A stretch of 64,000 bases of DNA, taken from an uncultured virus (IMG/VR IMGVR_UViG_3300032030_002667) (lineage: Duplodnaviria; Heunggongvirae; Uroviricota; Caudoviricetes). A model generated the notes under the pieces. The model was not told where the DNA came from, searched no databases, and saw only the letters and a program-made list of their open reading frames with translations. The DNA is taken from IMG/VR virus record IMGVR_UViG_3300032030_002667; one strand, written 5' to 3'. Made by a program: the position numbers and the translations under genes. Positions 19,860-30,273 of this stretch are shown here, one piece after another. Positions within the stretch are counted from its first letter, which is position 1, and every line of letters starts with the position of its first letter.

Positions 19860-20195
19860 AGGGCAGTCGCTTGACTGTATGTATTGTACATAATTGGTTG
19901 TCAACATATATGGTGTCTTCTATCTGACAACATTCCTACCGTCAATCTCCTCAAAGTCCATCCGATAGCTTTCGTAATGTGTGTGGGAGAGGGGTTTCTT
20001 GTCCTGTCTTCCAATGATGTTAAAAGAACTGACTGAGTCAGTTCTGTCTTAATTTGCATCAGGCGGAGTGTCTTTCTGTCGAAATATGCTGTGCCAAGAA
20101 ATCTTGAGCCGCCAAAGCCATACCCTATGTTTTTCTTCGGAGAGAAGTCAACAAGATATACTCCCCTGCCTGATTCATCAATAATGCCGTAAGTT
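19860..20195 (-). pseudogene. Truncated, frameshifted third paralog of the secreted proteins at 20248 and 22105
   Basis: Translates YGIIDESGRGVYLVDFSPKKNIGYGFGGSRFLGTAYFD, then frameshift, IIGRQDKKPLSHTHYESYRMDFEE, premature TAG; N-terminus absent. Confidence 0.8.
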
Positions 20196-20247
20196 TCTTT
20201 TCCGCAAAGTCAATATTATTCCTTGTCTATTCAGAATCATCTACTTG

Positions 20248-21132
20248 TTATTGGGGCAGCTTCCAAATTGTAGCCTCTGTCACTGTCTTATTGTCTTTCG
20301 TAATAGTCAGCTTCATTTGTCTGATGGTAAGTCTTCCTTCTGTTTCCTCATAATCGATTTTGCATTGCTTATGGGCATCATACGACGACACCTCCGTGAA
20401 GAAGGGATAGAAGCTCAGACTACAGCCAGTGCCCTGAGCACGAAAAAGCCAGGGATTCTTCGTGTTGATGAAACTTTCTATCCTTGCACCGCTTAGCCTC
20501 ATGGTTTTGCTGTCGAAATAAGCCACTCCGCCAAACATCATGGAATAGAGTGAACTGTTGGACTGAGTGATTTCCGTCTTTTTCGGGAAGAAATTGATAC
20601 GATAAACGCTTCTTCCCGAATCGTCACTGATGCTATATGCTGTAACATCGTAGGCATCTACCATACACATGATGGCTTCCTGTATGGAAGAGTGGTTAGA
20701 TATAGAGAGACTCTCTATAAACGACAGGAAAGGATATTCTTCGGGGAATTGAGCCAATACCATCTTGATGATAGAAGAGTCCCGAGAGGTCAGATGATAT
20801 GGTCCTGTGAAAGAGAACCCTCCTTCCATTTTCGCGTTTCTCAGCCTGAGGTTTGCATCTGCAGAGACAGTACATTTTGCCATGCAAGGCTCGGAATCAT
20901 TCACTCCGAAAATCTCTTCTACCTGATACTTGCCAAGACCAGAGGCCTGCTGCATGTCGCGAGAAAGTTGCTCACCGATGTCTTTCAGCAACACCTCTGG
21001 GTTCTTTATTTGAACGATGGTAAGCGAACTGAGTGAATCCTCCTTCTCATCGGGGAAGAGGAACTCCCCGTGCTTTTGTGCGAATGCCTGTGCCGCACAA
21101 AGCAATAGCAAAATGGATATACAATATTTCAT
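20248..21132 (-). CDS. Secreted hypothetical protein (partner B)
   Basis: Signal peptide MKYCISILLLLCAAQAFA; paralog of 22105-22947. Confidence 0.8.
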   Translation of the reverse strand: MKYCISILLLLCAAQAFAQKHGEFLFPDEKEDSLSSLTIVQIKNPEVLLKDIGEQLSRDMQQASGLGKYQVEEIFGVNDSEPCMAKCTVSADANLRLRNAKMEGGFSFTGPYHLTSRDSSIIKMVLAQFPEEYPFLSFIESLSISNHSSIQEAIMCMVDAYDVTAYSISDDSGRSVYRINFFPKKTEITQSNSSLYSMMFGGVAYFDSKTMRLSGARIESFINTKNPWLFRAQGTGCSLSFYPFFTEVSSYDAHKQCKIDYEETEGRLTIRQMKLTITKDNKTVTEATIWKLPQ

Positions 21133-21165
21133 AACGAGTACAAAGGTGCGATTATTTAAATAATT

Positions 21166-22059
21166 CTAATAACGGTATTCTTCTGGAACAATGAAAGTAC
21201 CTTCATTCAGAGAAAATCTATAATGGTCTTGCTGACATTTTATAGTAAATGAACCTCTCACAGACATTTGATACGGGCCTGACCAAGAAGCACATATGTC
21301 GTTACTTATAATAGATATAGACGAATCTGTCATATGTACAGATGTTGTAATAATAGACAGCGCCGATTCGATAGTGTTTCCATCCGTCCATGAAATATGC
21401 AATTCTTCTCGAAATGCATGTATTCCAATGCAGACATATACATCCCCAGCCTTACAGCTGCCATGGAAAACATGAGCATAATTAGTTATAGGAGGATTGG
21501 TTCCACCACTGCCACTGCCACTACCACTGCCACTACCTGAACTTCCGCTACCACTGCCACTACCACTGCCACTACCACTGCCACTACCAGAACTTCCGCT
21601 GCTACTGCCACCACAACCACATCCAGAGCCTGAATTTAAAGTTAAAATAAATACCTGTACGTAACGAATTGTGCCATTTGACTCTATTATCCATCCTCCT
21701 TCCCAGATTCCATTAGCAGCCATTTCGTTGTAGATGGATAGTGGGCATGGATTGCTTTGATAACCCAATGTGCTTTCATATTCTGTTCCGTTGGCATCAA
21801 TATATTTCATAACATTTGGACTGATTCGAACCCATCCTCCTAGCCAAATACATTGTTGTGCCATCTCCCAGTAATAATCATAAGGTATGGGATAACTTTT
21901 CTCGCAGCGATTAGAATATGTGGCCATTGTTTGCGAGTAATAGGTAATTGCTCCTCCATTCTTAACCCAACCGCCTTGCCAATTTTGATTTTGTAACTTT
22001 GAAGTATATTCATTCCATGTGTATGGATTTTTCCTTGATCCTTTTGGTTCCATAATCAT
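21166..22059 (-). CDS. Triple WxGGW-repeat protein with Ser/Gly/Cys-rich linker (B)
   Basis: MEPKGSRKNPYT start, three ~45-aa repeats, SGSGCGCGG then (SG)n linker; no signal peptide. Confidence 0.8.
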   Translation of the reverse strand: MIMEPKGSRKNPYTWNEYTSKLQNQNWQGGWVKNGGAITYYSQTMATYSNRCEKSYPIPYDYYWEMAQQCIWLGGWVRISPNVMKYIDANGTEYESTLGYQSNPCPLSIYNEMAANGIWEGGWIIESNGTIRYVQVFILTLNSGSGCGCGGSSSGSSGSGSGSGSGSGSGSGSSGSGSGSGSGSGGTNPPITNYAHVFHGSCKAGDVYVCIGIHAFREELHISWTDGNTIESALSIITTSVHMTDSSISIISNDICASWSGPYQMSVRGSFTIKCQQDHYRFSLNEGTFIVPEEYRY

Positions 22060-22104
22060 GACATTTTTATGAATTAATAATTATAATATTATGAAAAGAT
22101 TATA

Positions 22105-22947
22105 TCACGGAAGCCTTTGAACTATATACTTACCACGTATATAGTTATCTAATGAAGAAGTGGATTCAATCTGTTTGACGACAGGTGTGCCGCCGACTTC
22201 ATCGAAATCTATCCGATAGTGTTGGCAGAAAGTGTGGGAGAGTTGTCCTTTCTTGTCCTGCCTGCCCATGACGTCATAAGAGGTGGGGCTAATCTTGTCT
22301 GTTTCGATTTGTTTAATATGGAAGTTCTTGTCGAAATATGCCGTACCGTTATATTTAGAGCCGCAAAAGCCATACCCTATATTTTTCCTTGGAGAGAAGT
22401 CCACACGATATACGCCTCTGCCCTTTTCATCGCTAATGCTGTACACTTTTATATGATGCATATGCATCAGTTTTTGAAAGCTCTGAAATACTGCCCCACC
22501 ATCAGCGGCATCAAATTGCACCAACCCTAATATATATTGTCCCTCCATTAAGTCTTTCAGATCATAATACGCATATGTTGTGTCATTGAGGTTTCTTAAG
22601 CGGCGCGGTCCCTCATAGCGGAATTCCTCTCCTTCTCCAGTCGATTTAATCTGTATGTTTGCAACAGCATGAAGAATGCAACTGGAAGTGGTCAAGCGGG
22701 ATGTATGCAGGCCTACGGTAAGCATTACCTGATATTTGCAGCGGACACGCTTTTGCTTGGAATCAAGTATGACCCGTTCTACGATGCTGTCCAGCAAGGC
22801 TTTCGGATGCTTAATTGGAACGATGGACATCGCGCTGATAGAGTCCTCCATCTCCGCAAAGGAGATGGAGGACTGAAGCTCTTGGCTGGAAGCGGACAAG
22901 TCAGCGAATAGCAATATAATAATAAATATAGTATAGCGGCTAATCAT
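22105..22947 (-). CDS. Secreted hypothetical protein (partner A)
   Basis: Hydrophobic signal peptide; 4-bp overlap with the upstream repeat protein. Confidence 0.8.
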   Translation of the reverse strand: MISRYTIFIIILLFADLSASSQELQSSISFAEMEDSISAMSIVPIKHPKALLDSIVERVILDSKQKRVRCKYQVMLTVGLHTSRLTTSSCILHAVANIQIKSTGEGEEFRYEGPRRLRNLNDTTYAYYDLKDLMEGQYILGLVQFDAADGGAVFQSFQKLMHMHHIKVYSISDEKGRGVYRVDFSPRKNIGYGFCGSKYNGTAYFDKNFHIKQIETDKISPTSYDVMGRQDKKGQLSHTFCQHYRIDFDEVGGTPVVKQIESTSSLDNYIRGKYIVQRLP

Positions 22948-23780
22948 ATTTGATAATACTCCATTGGGATAGTGTATCTGCCATCTATTGAATATTCGAG
23001 CTGTTCACTGTCACGCTGAAAAACAATGGTTCCATGAATTGCTACTTCATATGGAGCTACCCATATTGTATCTAAGTCTTTCCGAAGGACACAATATCTA
23101 TAATTGGTCATTTTTGTTGAAACTGTTACTTCTGACAAATTGTTTTGTCCCTGAGTATTTCCTGCTGTCCAAGATATATATAATTTACCGATTCTTGGAT
23201 CATCCTTTATGAGGTAATCTAAAAATTCTCCAACTAAATATTTGCCAGCATTGATAGGGAATCCTTCGGACGAAGAATTGCCACTACCGCTACCGGAACC
23301 GCAGGCAGGACAAGAACCGCTACCTGTCCCAGAACCACATCCGCAACCACAGCCAGAACTAGAATTCATAGTTAAATTAAAGACTTGTAAATAATGACAC
23401 TGTCCATTAGAATCTTGTATCCATCCACCTTCCCAGATTCCGTTTGAAAGCATTTCATTGTATATGGAATATGGGCAAGGGTTGCTTTGAGAGCCTAATG
23501 TGCTATTGTATTCATTGTCATTGGAGTCTAAATACCTCAGGGTAGCTCCGAACAATACCCATCCTCCAAGCCAGATGTGATTTTGCGTCATCTCGTTGTA
23601 GAGGTCACCGGGTACAGGGATGCCTTTTGCACAGCGACCTGTGTATGTATCTGTCAAATTCTTATTCCGATAAATGATGTAATCTGGACTTTCCTTAATC
23701 CATCCACCATTCCAGTTACCGCCAATCTGATTGTACTCAACCAGTGTGTAGGGGTTCTTTCTTGATCCTTTTGGTTCCAT
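22944..23780 (-). CDS. Triple WxGGW-repeat protein with Ser/Gly/Cys-rich linker (A)
   Basis: Paralog of 21166-22059; linker SSSGCGCGCGSGTGSGSCPACGSGSGSG. Confidence 0.8.
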   Translation of the reverse strand: MEPKGSRKNPYTLVEYNQIGGNWNGGWIKESPDYIIYRNKNLTDTYTGRCAKGIPVPGDLYNEMTQNHIWLGGWVLFGATLRYLDSNDNEYNSTLGSQSNPCPYSIYNEMLSNGIWEGGWIQDSNGQCHYLQVFNLTMNSSSGCGCGCGSGTGSGSCPACGSGSGSGNSSSEGFPINAGKYLVGEFLDYLIKDDPRIGKLYISWTAGNTQGQNNLSEVTVSTKMTNYRYCVLRKDLDTIWVAPYEVAIHGTIVFQRDSEQLEYSIDGRYTIPMEYYQI

Positions 23781-23792
23781 AATAATAACGTT

Positions 23793-25208
23793 TTAATGAT
23801 TAATAGAATTGTGTTGCGGGATTAATAATCCTTCGTTTAATAGTATTTTTATTTCTGTATGCCAGAGAGATCGCATCTGTTCTGACTTGTTTTTTGCTGT
23901 AAGTTTGTTTAATAACTCTGAGACTTTCATCGGACTGTCTTTCAGTTGTCCCAAGACCTGATGCTCCAATTCATACAAGACATACTCCCTCCGCATTTTG
24001 AATGTAAGCGTCGGTATGACTGCGATCTTCTCTATCGGAGCATCGTTCTTGCAAGACATACGATTCCTTATTATCTGTATTGCCTCTTCGTTCCATGATG
24101 TCGGCACATCAAAACATTTCAGATAAGGATTCCGAGAGACGCAGATGTTGTCGGGCATATCCTTGTGGCAGGAAAGCCTTTTGCCTTCGACACATCTCCG
24201 TTCCACCTCCAACAGGTCTTCCCATGAAAGTGTGCTCCAGTCCTCCTCTGCCTTGTTAAGGAAGCTGATGTACGACACGATGGGCATGTCGGTGTTCATC
24301 ATCAGAATACAGACAGTTCCTTTTGAAATGCCTCTCTGGTATTGATGAGGATAAAGCGACAGGATTAGTTTATAGTAATCGGGATACAGGGTTATGAATG
24401 TCTCGACAAAGGTCTCTGTTACTTCCGGGTTCCTTTTGTGCCCGCCCAAAAGATGAAAGTATCCTTTCTCGTCATGCCTGTTCAGTTGGCAGAAGTCAGC
24501 GACGGTATAACCATTGTCGTTGAAGACCTGAGGGAAGATGGTGCTTACCGGCACATCTTCTTCTTTGGCTTTATATGCAAAGAGCATCTGCTCGAAGAGA
24601 AGATTGAAGTTGCCGTTCAGGCACTTAGCCTTGTTCTTGTCGCAGACAGCAAGTGCCTCCTCGCAATAAGCATGGATGAATGTCATATCATTGCCCCCAA
24701 ACAGCCCCATGTTATATGAAGCTATGGACTCCTCCCTTAGTCCTTTCTCTAAGTATTCTGGAAGTTCAAGGGTTGAATCCGACAAAAGATTGTCCATTAT
24801 CTGTCTGTAGTATGCTGTGCCGACTTCCTTGCTCTGTGCAATGAGTGGAGCTTTTGCCACATCCTCTGCTATGGGCTTGAACAGGAAGATATCGGCATCA
24901 ATGTGCATGAAGGGCTTTGTCTGCAAGGAATACGTCTTTATCTTGGCGTATGACCAATGCTGTGGCGGACAGAGTGTTTCATCATAGACAACATGGACTT
25001 CTGTATAGGGCAGGTGCATGAGGTCTATGAGGATGTGCTTGCCTTGTTCGTCCGTATAGAGCGCAACCTCATCGTAGTACTTCCTCAGGCACAGGCAACT
25101 CAGTGCCCATGCCATGAGGTTGTACTCGGGGCGCAACCATCCGAAGTTGTACTCCAAAGGGTTACGCCCTGCCGTCCAGAAAGTCTGTACGATACGCATT
25201 ATGGTCAA
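23793..25208 (-). CDS. DUF6734-like protein (DxD glycosyltransferase-like) with C-terminal PqqD/RRE-like winged helix
   Basis: IVQTFW...WALSCLCL...LYTD...AKIKTY...HIDADIF; C-terminus VSELLNKL...IKILLNEGLL. Family recalled, not searched. Confidence 0.65.
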   Translation of the reverse strand: MTIMRIVQTFWTAGRNPLEYNFGWLRPEYNLMAWALSCLCLRKYYDEVALYTDEQGKHILIDLMHLPYTEVHVVYDETLCPPQHWSYAKIKTYSLQTKPFMHIDADIFLFKPIAEDVAKAPLIAQSKEVGTAYYRQIMDNLLSDSTLELPEYLEKGLREESIASYNMGLFGGNDMTFIHAYCEEALAVCDKNKAKCLNGNFNLLFEQMLFAYKAKEEDVPVSTIFPQVFNDNGYTVADFCQLNRHDEKGYFHLLGGHKRNPEVTETFVETFITLYPDYYKLILSLYPHQYQRGISKGTVCILMMNTDMPIVSYISFLNKAEEDWSTLSWEDLLEVERRCVEGKRLSCHKDMPDNICVSRNPYLKCFDVPTSWNEEAIQIIRNRMSCKNDAPIEKIAVIPTLTFKMRREYVLYELEHQVLGQLKDSPMKVSELLNKLTAKNKSEQMRSLWHTEIKILLNEGLLIPQHNSINH

Positions 25209-25248
25209 ATTACAAATTATGTCCTATCTATTCTCAGCATGAACTGCA

Positions 25249-26367
25249 TCAAGGCTTTACTAACATTTTCTTTCTGTTTTCTATGTAAATGCCTTGCGTT
25301 GGCTTTTGGGGAAGTCGTCTGCCTTGGAGGTCGAAGTAATTTGATTTGCCGCTAAATGGAATGTCCTTGACAGATGTACCTGTTATTGGAACGATGTTGC
25401 AGAAATCGCTCCAGCGCAAAGCGGTTTTGTACTTCTCCAAGGAGCTTGCCGGAACATAGAGCGTAGTGTGTTCCTCTATATAAGATTGCTCAAACGGATA
25501 TCCATCCCAAGAGCCTTCGAAATCCGTTGTAGACACGCTGGGAGGCTCTGGTGCATAACAATATACGTCTGTCAAACTACGGCAATTATAGAAAGCTCCA
25601 TCTTCAATGTTGGTCACAGTATTTGGAATCGTGACGGAAACCAGACCACTGCAATCCATGAAAGCATCGCCTTCAATTCTTGTCACTCCGTTTGGAATGA
25701 TGATGGTAGTCAGACTGCGGCAACCTTTAAAAGTAACGAAACCGATGCGTGTTATGCCTTCAGGAATTGTGATGGATTTCAAACTACGACATCCGCAGAA
25801 AGCACCATTGTCTATGCTTGTCACGCCGTTTGGGATGGTGACAGAAGCTAAGCTACCGCAATCATTGAAAGCAGCAGGGCCTATGCTTGTTACACACTCG
25901 GGGATATTGACAGATTTCAAGCTGGTGCAACTGGAGAAGACGCCTTGATCGATGATTGTTACACTACCAGGGATGTTTAGGGAGGTCAGACTGCGGCAAC
26001 CTTGGAAAGCCCAGTGGCCTATGCTTGTCACACTCTCGGGAATGGTGATGGAGGTCAGGCTGCTGCAGCCCAAGAAAGCAGAACCGCCTATTTTGGTCAC
26101 ACTCTCAGGTATAGTGACAGAAATCATATTACTGCTTTTTGCAAAAGCATTGATGCCAATGCTTGTCACGCTGTAGGTCTTGTTATGGTATGTAACTGAT
26201 TCTGGAATAACCACATAGCCCGAGTAATTGGTAGTGTTATCATTAGAGCTCGTCACTTCTACTTCGTCTCCCGAGAAGTTGTAATAGATGCCGTCAATCT
26301 TGACATCATAGGCTGATGCTATCAGCGGCAGCAAAGCAATAAAAATAAGGAATGATATGCGTTTCAT
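25249..26367 (-). CDS. BspA-type leucine-rich-repeat surface protein
   Basis: Signal peptide; repeated LTSITIPESVTSIGxxAFxGC; Prevotella-type C-terminal FDLQGRR...GIYIENRKKMLVK. Confidence 0.9.
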   Translation of the reverse strand: MKRISFLIFIALLPLIASAYDVKIDGIYYNFSGDEVEVTSSNDNTTNYSGYVVIPESVTYHNKTYSVTSIGINAFAKSSNMISVTIPESVTKIGGSAFLGCSSLTSITIPESVTSIGHWAFQGCRSLTSLNIPGSVTIIDQGVFSSCTSLKSVNIPECVTSIGPAAFNDCGSLASVTIPNGVTSIDNGAFCGCRSLKSITIPEGITRIGFVTFKGCRSLTTIIIPNGVTRIEGDAFMDCSGLVSVTIPNTVTNIEDGAFYNCRSLTDVYCYAPEPPSVSTTDFEGSWDGYPFEQSYIEEHTTLYVPASSLEKYKTALRWSDFCNIVPITGTSVKDIPFSGKSNYFDLQGRRLPQKPTQGIYIENRKKMLVKP

Positions 26368-26440
26368 AGTATGTCTGTTTTGTTATTTTTTAATGCAAAG
26401 ATAAGTTTTTTTCATCAAAGACAATACACGTAATAACATT

Positions 26441-28390
26441 TTATTCTATAGAACCATTATTAATAACAAATTTTACTCCTAGGGGTACAGTAAATGGCTT
26501 TAACACTTTTGCACCGTTAATTAAAACTATTTTACTTCCTGGATATGGCTGTAAAAATTCCAAATTTACGGTAAAGCCATCAATTACTAAGGTTGCGCCA
26601 TTATCCAATAGAATCTTGGTGCCATTGGTAAAAGTTGGTTGAGTTTGTAATGTAACTGTTGCACCATGTAATATGCCTATATAATTTGAACTATTCTCAA
26701 AGGTAGTTAATGTTGAATCATTGTAGATATACTCGTAGGTTGGGTGGTTGGCAGGCAACTCCTCACAATAGCCATATTCGTTCATGTGTCCTTTTGTCGA
26801 ATCGGAATCATCGCCATCGGATTGTGCCCATACGGCGATACCAGGAGAGATAGAGTCTATACCCCAATTGACATATCCGTCACCATCCAAATCTTCGCAG
26901 AGGATTGGACGATTTACTTTACTCCATGGCTTCCCCTTAGGGAAGAATGCATATTCATTCATATACCACGGGTCGTCATTATAATAAATAATGTACATAT
27001 ATCCGTTATGTCCCCACGATGGTCCACGACTTTGTTTATATATCCAGTATGTATGACCAATAATGCTGTCACCTTCGTGGAATACTGTATCAAGCTGCAA
27101 ATTAGGACTAATGCCATAGAAAAAAGTATATGCGGTATTAGGGGCAATCGTACCATATCCTGCAAGCGTCATAGCATGCCCACCTTTGAATTGATGTGTG
27201 TATGGTGTTGCAGTTTGATATCCACAAAATCCAGGTCCATTATTAATAAGGTATTTTTTTAACGTGTCTATAGGAGTGACAATGTTCACTAAGTCAATCT
27301 TATCATAATCATTTAAATAGACATGTTCATTTCCTGCTGGAATAGTGTCAGGCACATAAGGATAGTTGTGAAACAGCAAACTTGCTTCATCAATTGTCCC
27401 ATCTGTTTTTAGAAACTTGACAGGACGCTCAATATCATATATTCCACCCTGAAAATAAATTGGAACATAACTGGCAACATATTGTTCTGATAAATCAATG
27501 GCAGAGGTGTCATTTACATCATATTTATAATGCAGTAACAGATTGGACTCTAACATCCCAACAGCAGCGAAAGCCGTGCAATAGTCGCTATTCCATTGTT
27601 TCTTTGCTGGTGTCAACCAACTTCTTCCGTGTCTATCCCGCCAGTCAAAAGATGGTATATACGGACTTACTATTGTGTCCGTATAAGCACGGGGAGTGCC
27701 TATTTCAAAAAGACCTCCTGAATAATACTGCATGTTATTTAAATATGAATCACAACTTCCTTCTTCATAGAAATTCTTCTTCTCATCGAAAGAAAGCAAG
27801 GAACTTTCCGTGACAGCCGCTCTCCATAATCTTCCATGTCTGATATTATAACTGTTAATTTTATCCACGATAGCCTTCACCTGTTCCTCCTTGACATGCT
27901 CTTCTGTTTCTTCATAACTAGAATCACTGCGTGAATATGCTTGATTCGATGAGTTTATGCCCATTAGAGTAAGACTTGCATCACCTGACATATAACATTT
28001 CAAGTAAGCTGGTGTAATCCCATTCAACGCAGCTGTTTCTTCACAATAATGGTCAAGACAAACATTTGTCGTATCAAAACGGAACCAGTTACTTTCTGCT
28101 ACAAGATAATCGTGACCATCCTTGTCCTCAAGAACAATCCTGGTAAAACTGGATTCTTTGGGTTGTTGGATTGTAGCATCAATGCTGAGAGAATAAATGT
28201 TCCCTAACCCTTCAAGGGGAATTGTATCAGAAGACGTGAATGTTGTGCGTAGTTGCTGTGTATTGTCCTCTGGAGAAAGTGCACGAAATACTGATTGACT
28301 TTGTGCATACGCGGAATGGCATAAGAAAATCAACGTACACCCTATGAGGATTTTCTTACAATAATAGAATCTTGCATTCATGGATTTCAT
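26441..28390 (-). CDS. Secreted papain-family (C1) cysteine peptidase
   Basis: PSFDWRD, Q...CTAFA, DLSEQ, GGHAMTLAGYG, YWIYKQSRG. Confidence 0.85.
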   Translation of the reverse strand: MKSMNARFYYCKKILIGCTLIFLCHSAYAQSQSVFRALSPEDNTQQLRTTFTSSDTIPLEGLGNIYSLSIDATIQQPKESSFTRIVLEDKDGHDYLVAESNWFRFDTTNVCLDHYCEETAALNGITPAYLKCYMSGDASLTLMGINSSNQAYSRSDSSYEETEEHVKEEQVKAIVDKINSYNIRHGRLWRAAVTESSLLSFDEKKNFYEEGSCDSYLNNMQYYSGGLFEIGTPRAYTDTIVSPYIPSFDWRDRHGRSWLTPAKKQWNSDYCTAFAAVGMLESNLLLHYKYDVNDTSAIDLSEQYVASYVPIYFQGGIYDIERPVKFLKTDGTIDEASLLFHNYPYVPDTIPAGNEHVYLNDYDKIDLVNIVTPIDTLKKYLINNGPGFCGYQTATPYTHQFKGGHAMTLAGYGTIAPNTAYTFFYGISPNLQLDTVFHEGDSIIGHTYWIYKQSRGPSWGHNGYMYIIYYNDDPWYMNEYAFFPKGKPWSKVNRPILCEDLDGDGYVNWGIDSISPGIAVWAQSDGDDSDSTKGHMNEYGYCEELPANHPTYEYIYNDSTLTTFENSSNYIGILHGATVTLQTQPTFTNGTKILLDNGATLVIDGFTVNLEFLQPYPGSKIVLINGAKVLKPFTVPLGVKFVINNGSIE

Positions 28391-28402
28391 CCTTTTAAGA
28401 TT

Positions 28403-29665
28403 CTACTTAGTTAGTATCATCCTTCTTGTAACAGCTACTTTGCCGTCAATTACTAGTGTATAGATATACATGCCCGCGGAAAGGTCTGTTGCATAGACGG
28501 TGATGTTTGTCTCGCCACGTTCGCTGACAGGAAGGCTCTGCACTTGTTTGCCGCTCATATCGTAGATGAAGATGGTGGAAACTTGTGCATTACTTGGAAT
28601 GTTGAGCGCAATGACTGTACTCTCGCTGAAGGGATTGGGATTGTTCTGGTCCATCCTGACCATATCAACGTCGGAAACAGTCTCTTCAATAGCGGTTGGT
28701 TGGGCTTTTGCTTTTCTGGGAGATGTGCCTTCTAATTCAGCAACCTTTGCCGAGAGTTCATTGATGCATTGCACCAGAAGGGGTACCATTTCCACATAGT
28801 TGATGCTGACATTGCCATTGGCATCCTCATAGACAAGTTCTGGATAAACTTCCTTCAACTGGTCGGCATCAAGACCATACTGCACAGGCGACAGATAACG
28901 CTCGGGCTCAATGTCTCCCATTGCTTCTGCAAGGGAATCAAGTTCTTCGGGCGACATGTTGTCTGTGTCTATGTCTTCAAGACTTGCCCTTGATGTGTTG
29001 GTCTCTTGTGTCGGGTCATAGCGAAGGAACTGCACAGCCTGCACCTGACTCAACTTGTCTGTCACGCTCTCGCCCCTGTCAGAGAGTATTGTTGTTCCGT
29101 TCTGCCCAGAAGGTGAAGGGCTGGTTGTCGGGCTGAGCACAGTGGCATAAATGCCATTCGTCACATGGACCTTGCCTCTGAAATAACCTGCATAAGTACC
29201 AATATTTGATTCAAAATATGGGGAAGAAGTGGACTCGGAGCCAAAAATCCCAGCAAAGCTACTATAATTGGATGTTGGTGATGAGAATTTCCCTCCAAAA
29301 ACGCCCACAGTCTTTTTTGCTTTTCCTGCGAGTCCTTGTATACCAATAGTTGGCGAGGAAGAAACACTATCAGTCCCTGTTACAATGCTTTTCACCCCCA
29401 CGCTGCCGCCTATAGAATTAATTGCATATATATTACATCCATAAATAAAATTCAAATCTTGGGTTTGATTGACACAATAACAGCCATATTTTTTATCGTT
29501 TCCATAGAATGCAAAAGATGCATCATTCCTTCCACCTCCCACAGAAAGCAAAGACTTCGGTGTTTCTGTCCCGACACCTACTCTTCCAAGAGAATCCACT
29601 ACAAGTTGTGCATTGATGTTCATGGCAGCAGCTGCCAGAACAACTGTAATATAATAACTTTTCAT
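28403..29665 (-). CDS. T9SS-secreted protein with S74-type chaperone (tail-fibre-like) domain
   Basis: YGLDADQLKEVYPELV...INYVEMVPLLVQCINEL; CTD QNNPNPF...IYDMSGK...GMYIYTL. Confidence 0.8.
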   Translation of the reverse strand: MKSYYITVVLAAAAMNINAQLVVDSLGRVGVGTETPKSLLSVGGGRNDASFAFYGNDKKYGCYCVNQTQDLNFIYGCNIYAINSIGGSVGVKSIVTGTDSVSSSPTIGIQGLAGKAKKTVGVFGGKFSSPTSNYSSFAGIFGSESTSSPYFESNIGTYAGYFRGKVHVTNGIYATVLSPTTSPSPSGQNGTTILSDRGESVTDKLSQVQAVQFLRYDPTQETNTSRASLEDIDTDNMSPEELDSLAEAMGDIEPERYLSPVQYGLDADQLKEVYPELVYEDANGNVSINYVEMVPLLVQCINELSAKVAELEGTSPRKAKAQPTAIEETVSDVDMVRMDQNNPNPFSESTVIALNIPSNAQVSTIFIYDMSGKQVQSLPVSERGETNITVYATDLSAGMYIYTLVIDGKVAVTRRMILTK

Positions 29666-29688
29666 AATTACGTCTTTTTATTTTTGAA

Positions 29689-30075
29689 TTACAGCTCTAT
29701 CTCGCCTCGGAAGCACAGACCGTCGCAGACCACTTCAATGATATAAGTGCCGGAGAGGCTGCTGGGAAGTTGTACTTCTGTTGTGGTGGCAGGCACTGCT
29801 GTGGAGTATTCCAAAGTCTCTTCGCCACCTTCATCTACAGAGTAAATGTTAAGAAAAAGGTCGATTTCATCGAGAAAATAGAGTGTGTGGTCTGTCTGTC
29901 CAACCTGCGGTACTTCAATGGGAGTGCGAGGATGAATTGGATTAGGTTGTATGTCTGCCAAAGTTAACGGGATTCTAATACTAATGCTCGTTGGTTCCCA
30001 TGCGTTTACAGGAGACAGAATAAACAATGCGGCTGCCAATAAGGCCGACTTCAGTAATAATGTTTTAGTTTTCAT
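29689..30075 (-). CDS. Small secreted protein (DUF3244-like)
   Basis: Signal peptide; HPRTPIEVP...LSGTYIIEV...FRGEIEL. Confidence 0.65.
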   Translation of the reverse strand: MKTKTLLLKSALLAAALFILSPVNAWEPTSISIRIPLTLADIQPNPIHPRTPIEVPQVGQTDHTLYFLDEIDLFLNIYSVDEGGEETLEYSTAVPATTTEVQLPSSLSGTYIIEVVCDGLCFRGEIEL

Positions 30076-30273
30076 GTTAGTTTTGTTTTAAGTTAAAAAT
30101 ATGTTATTTGTTCACGAATGTGAGACAAAGATATGGTCTTTTTGTGTCAAGTTCCAAAGAAAAAACTTCACAAAAAACTTCACAATTTCGTTTTCGCCCA
30201 TTTCATCGGGAAATTTTGTTTTGCCATTTGATAAAAAATACATAACTTTGCCGTGAAAAAGTACCCAAACACT

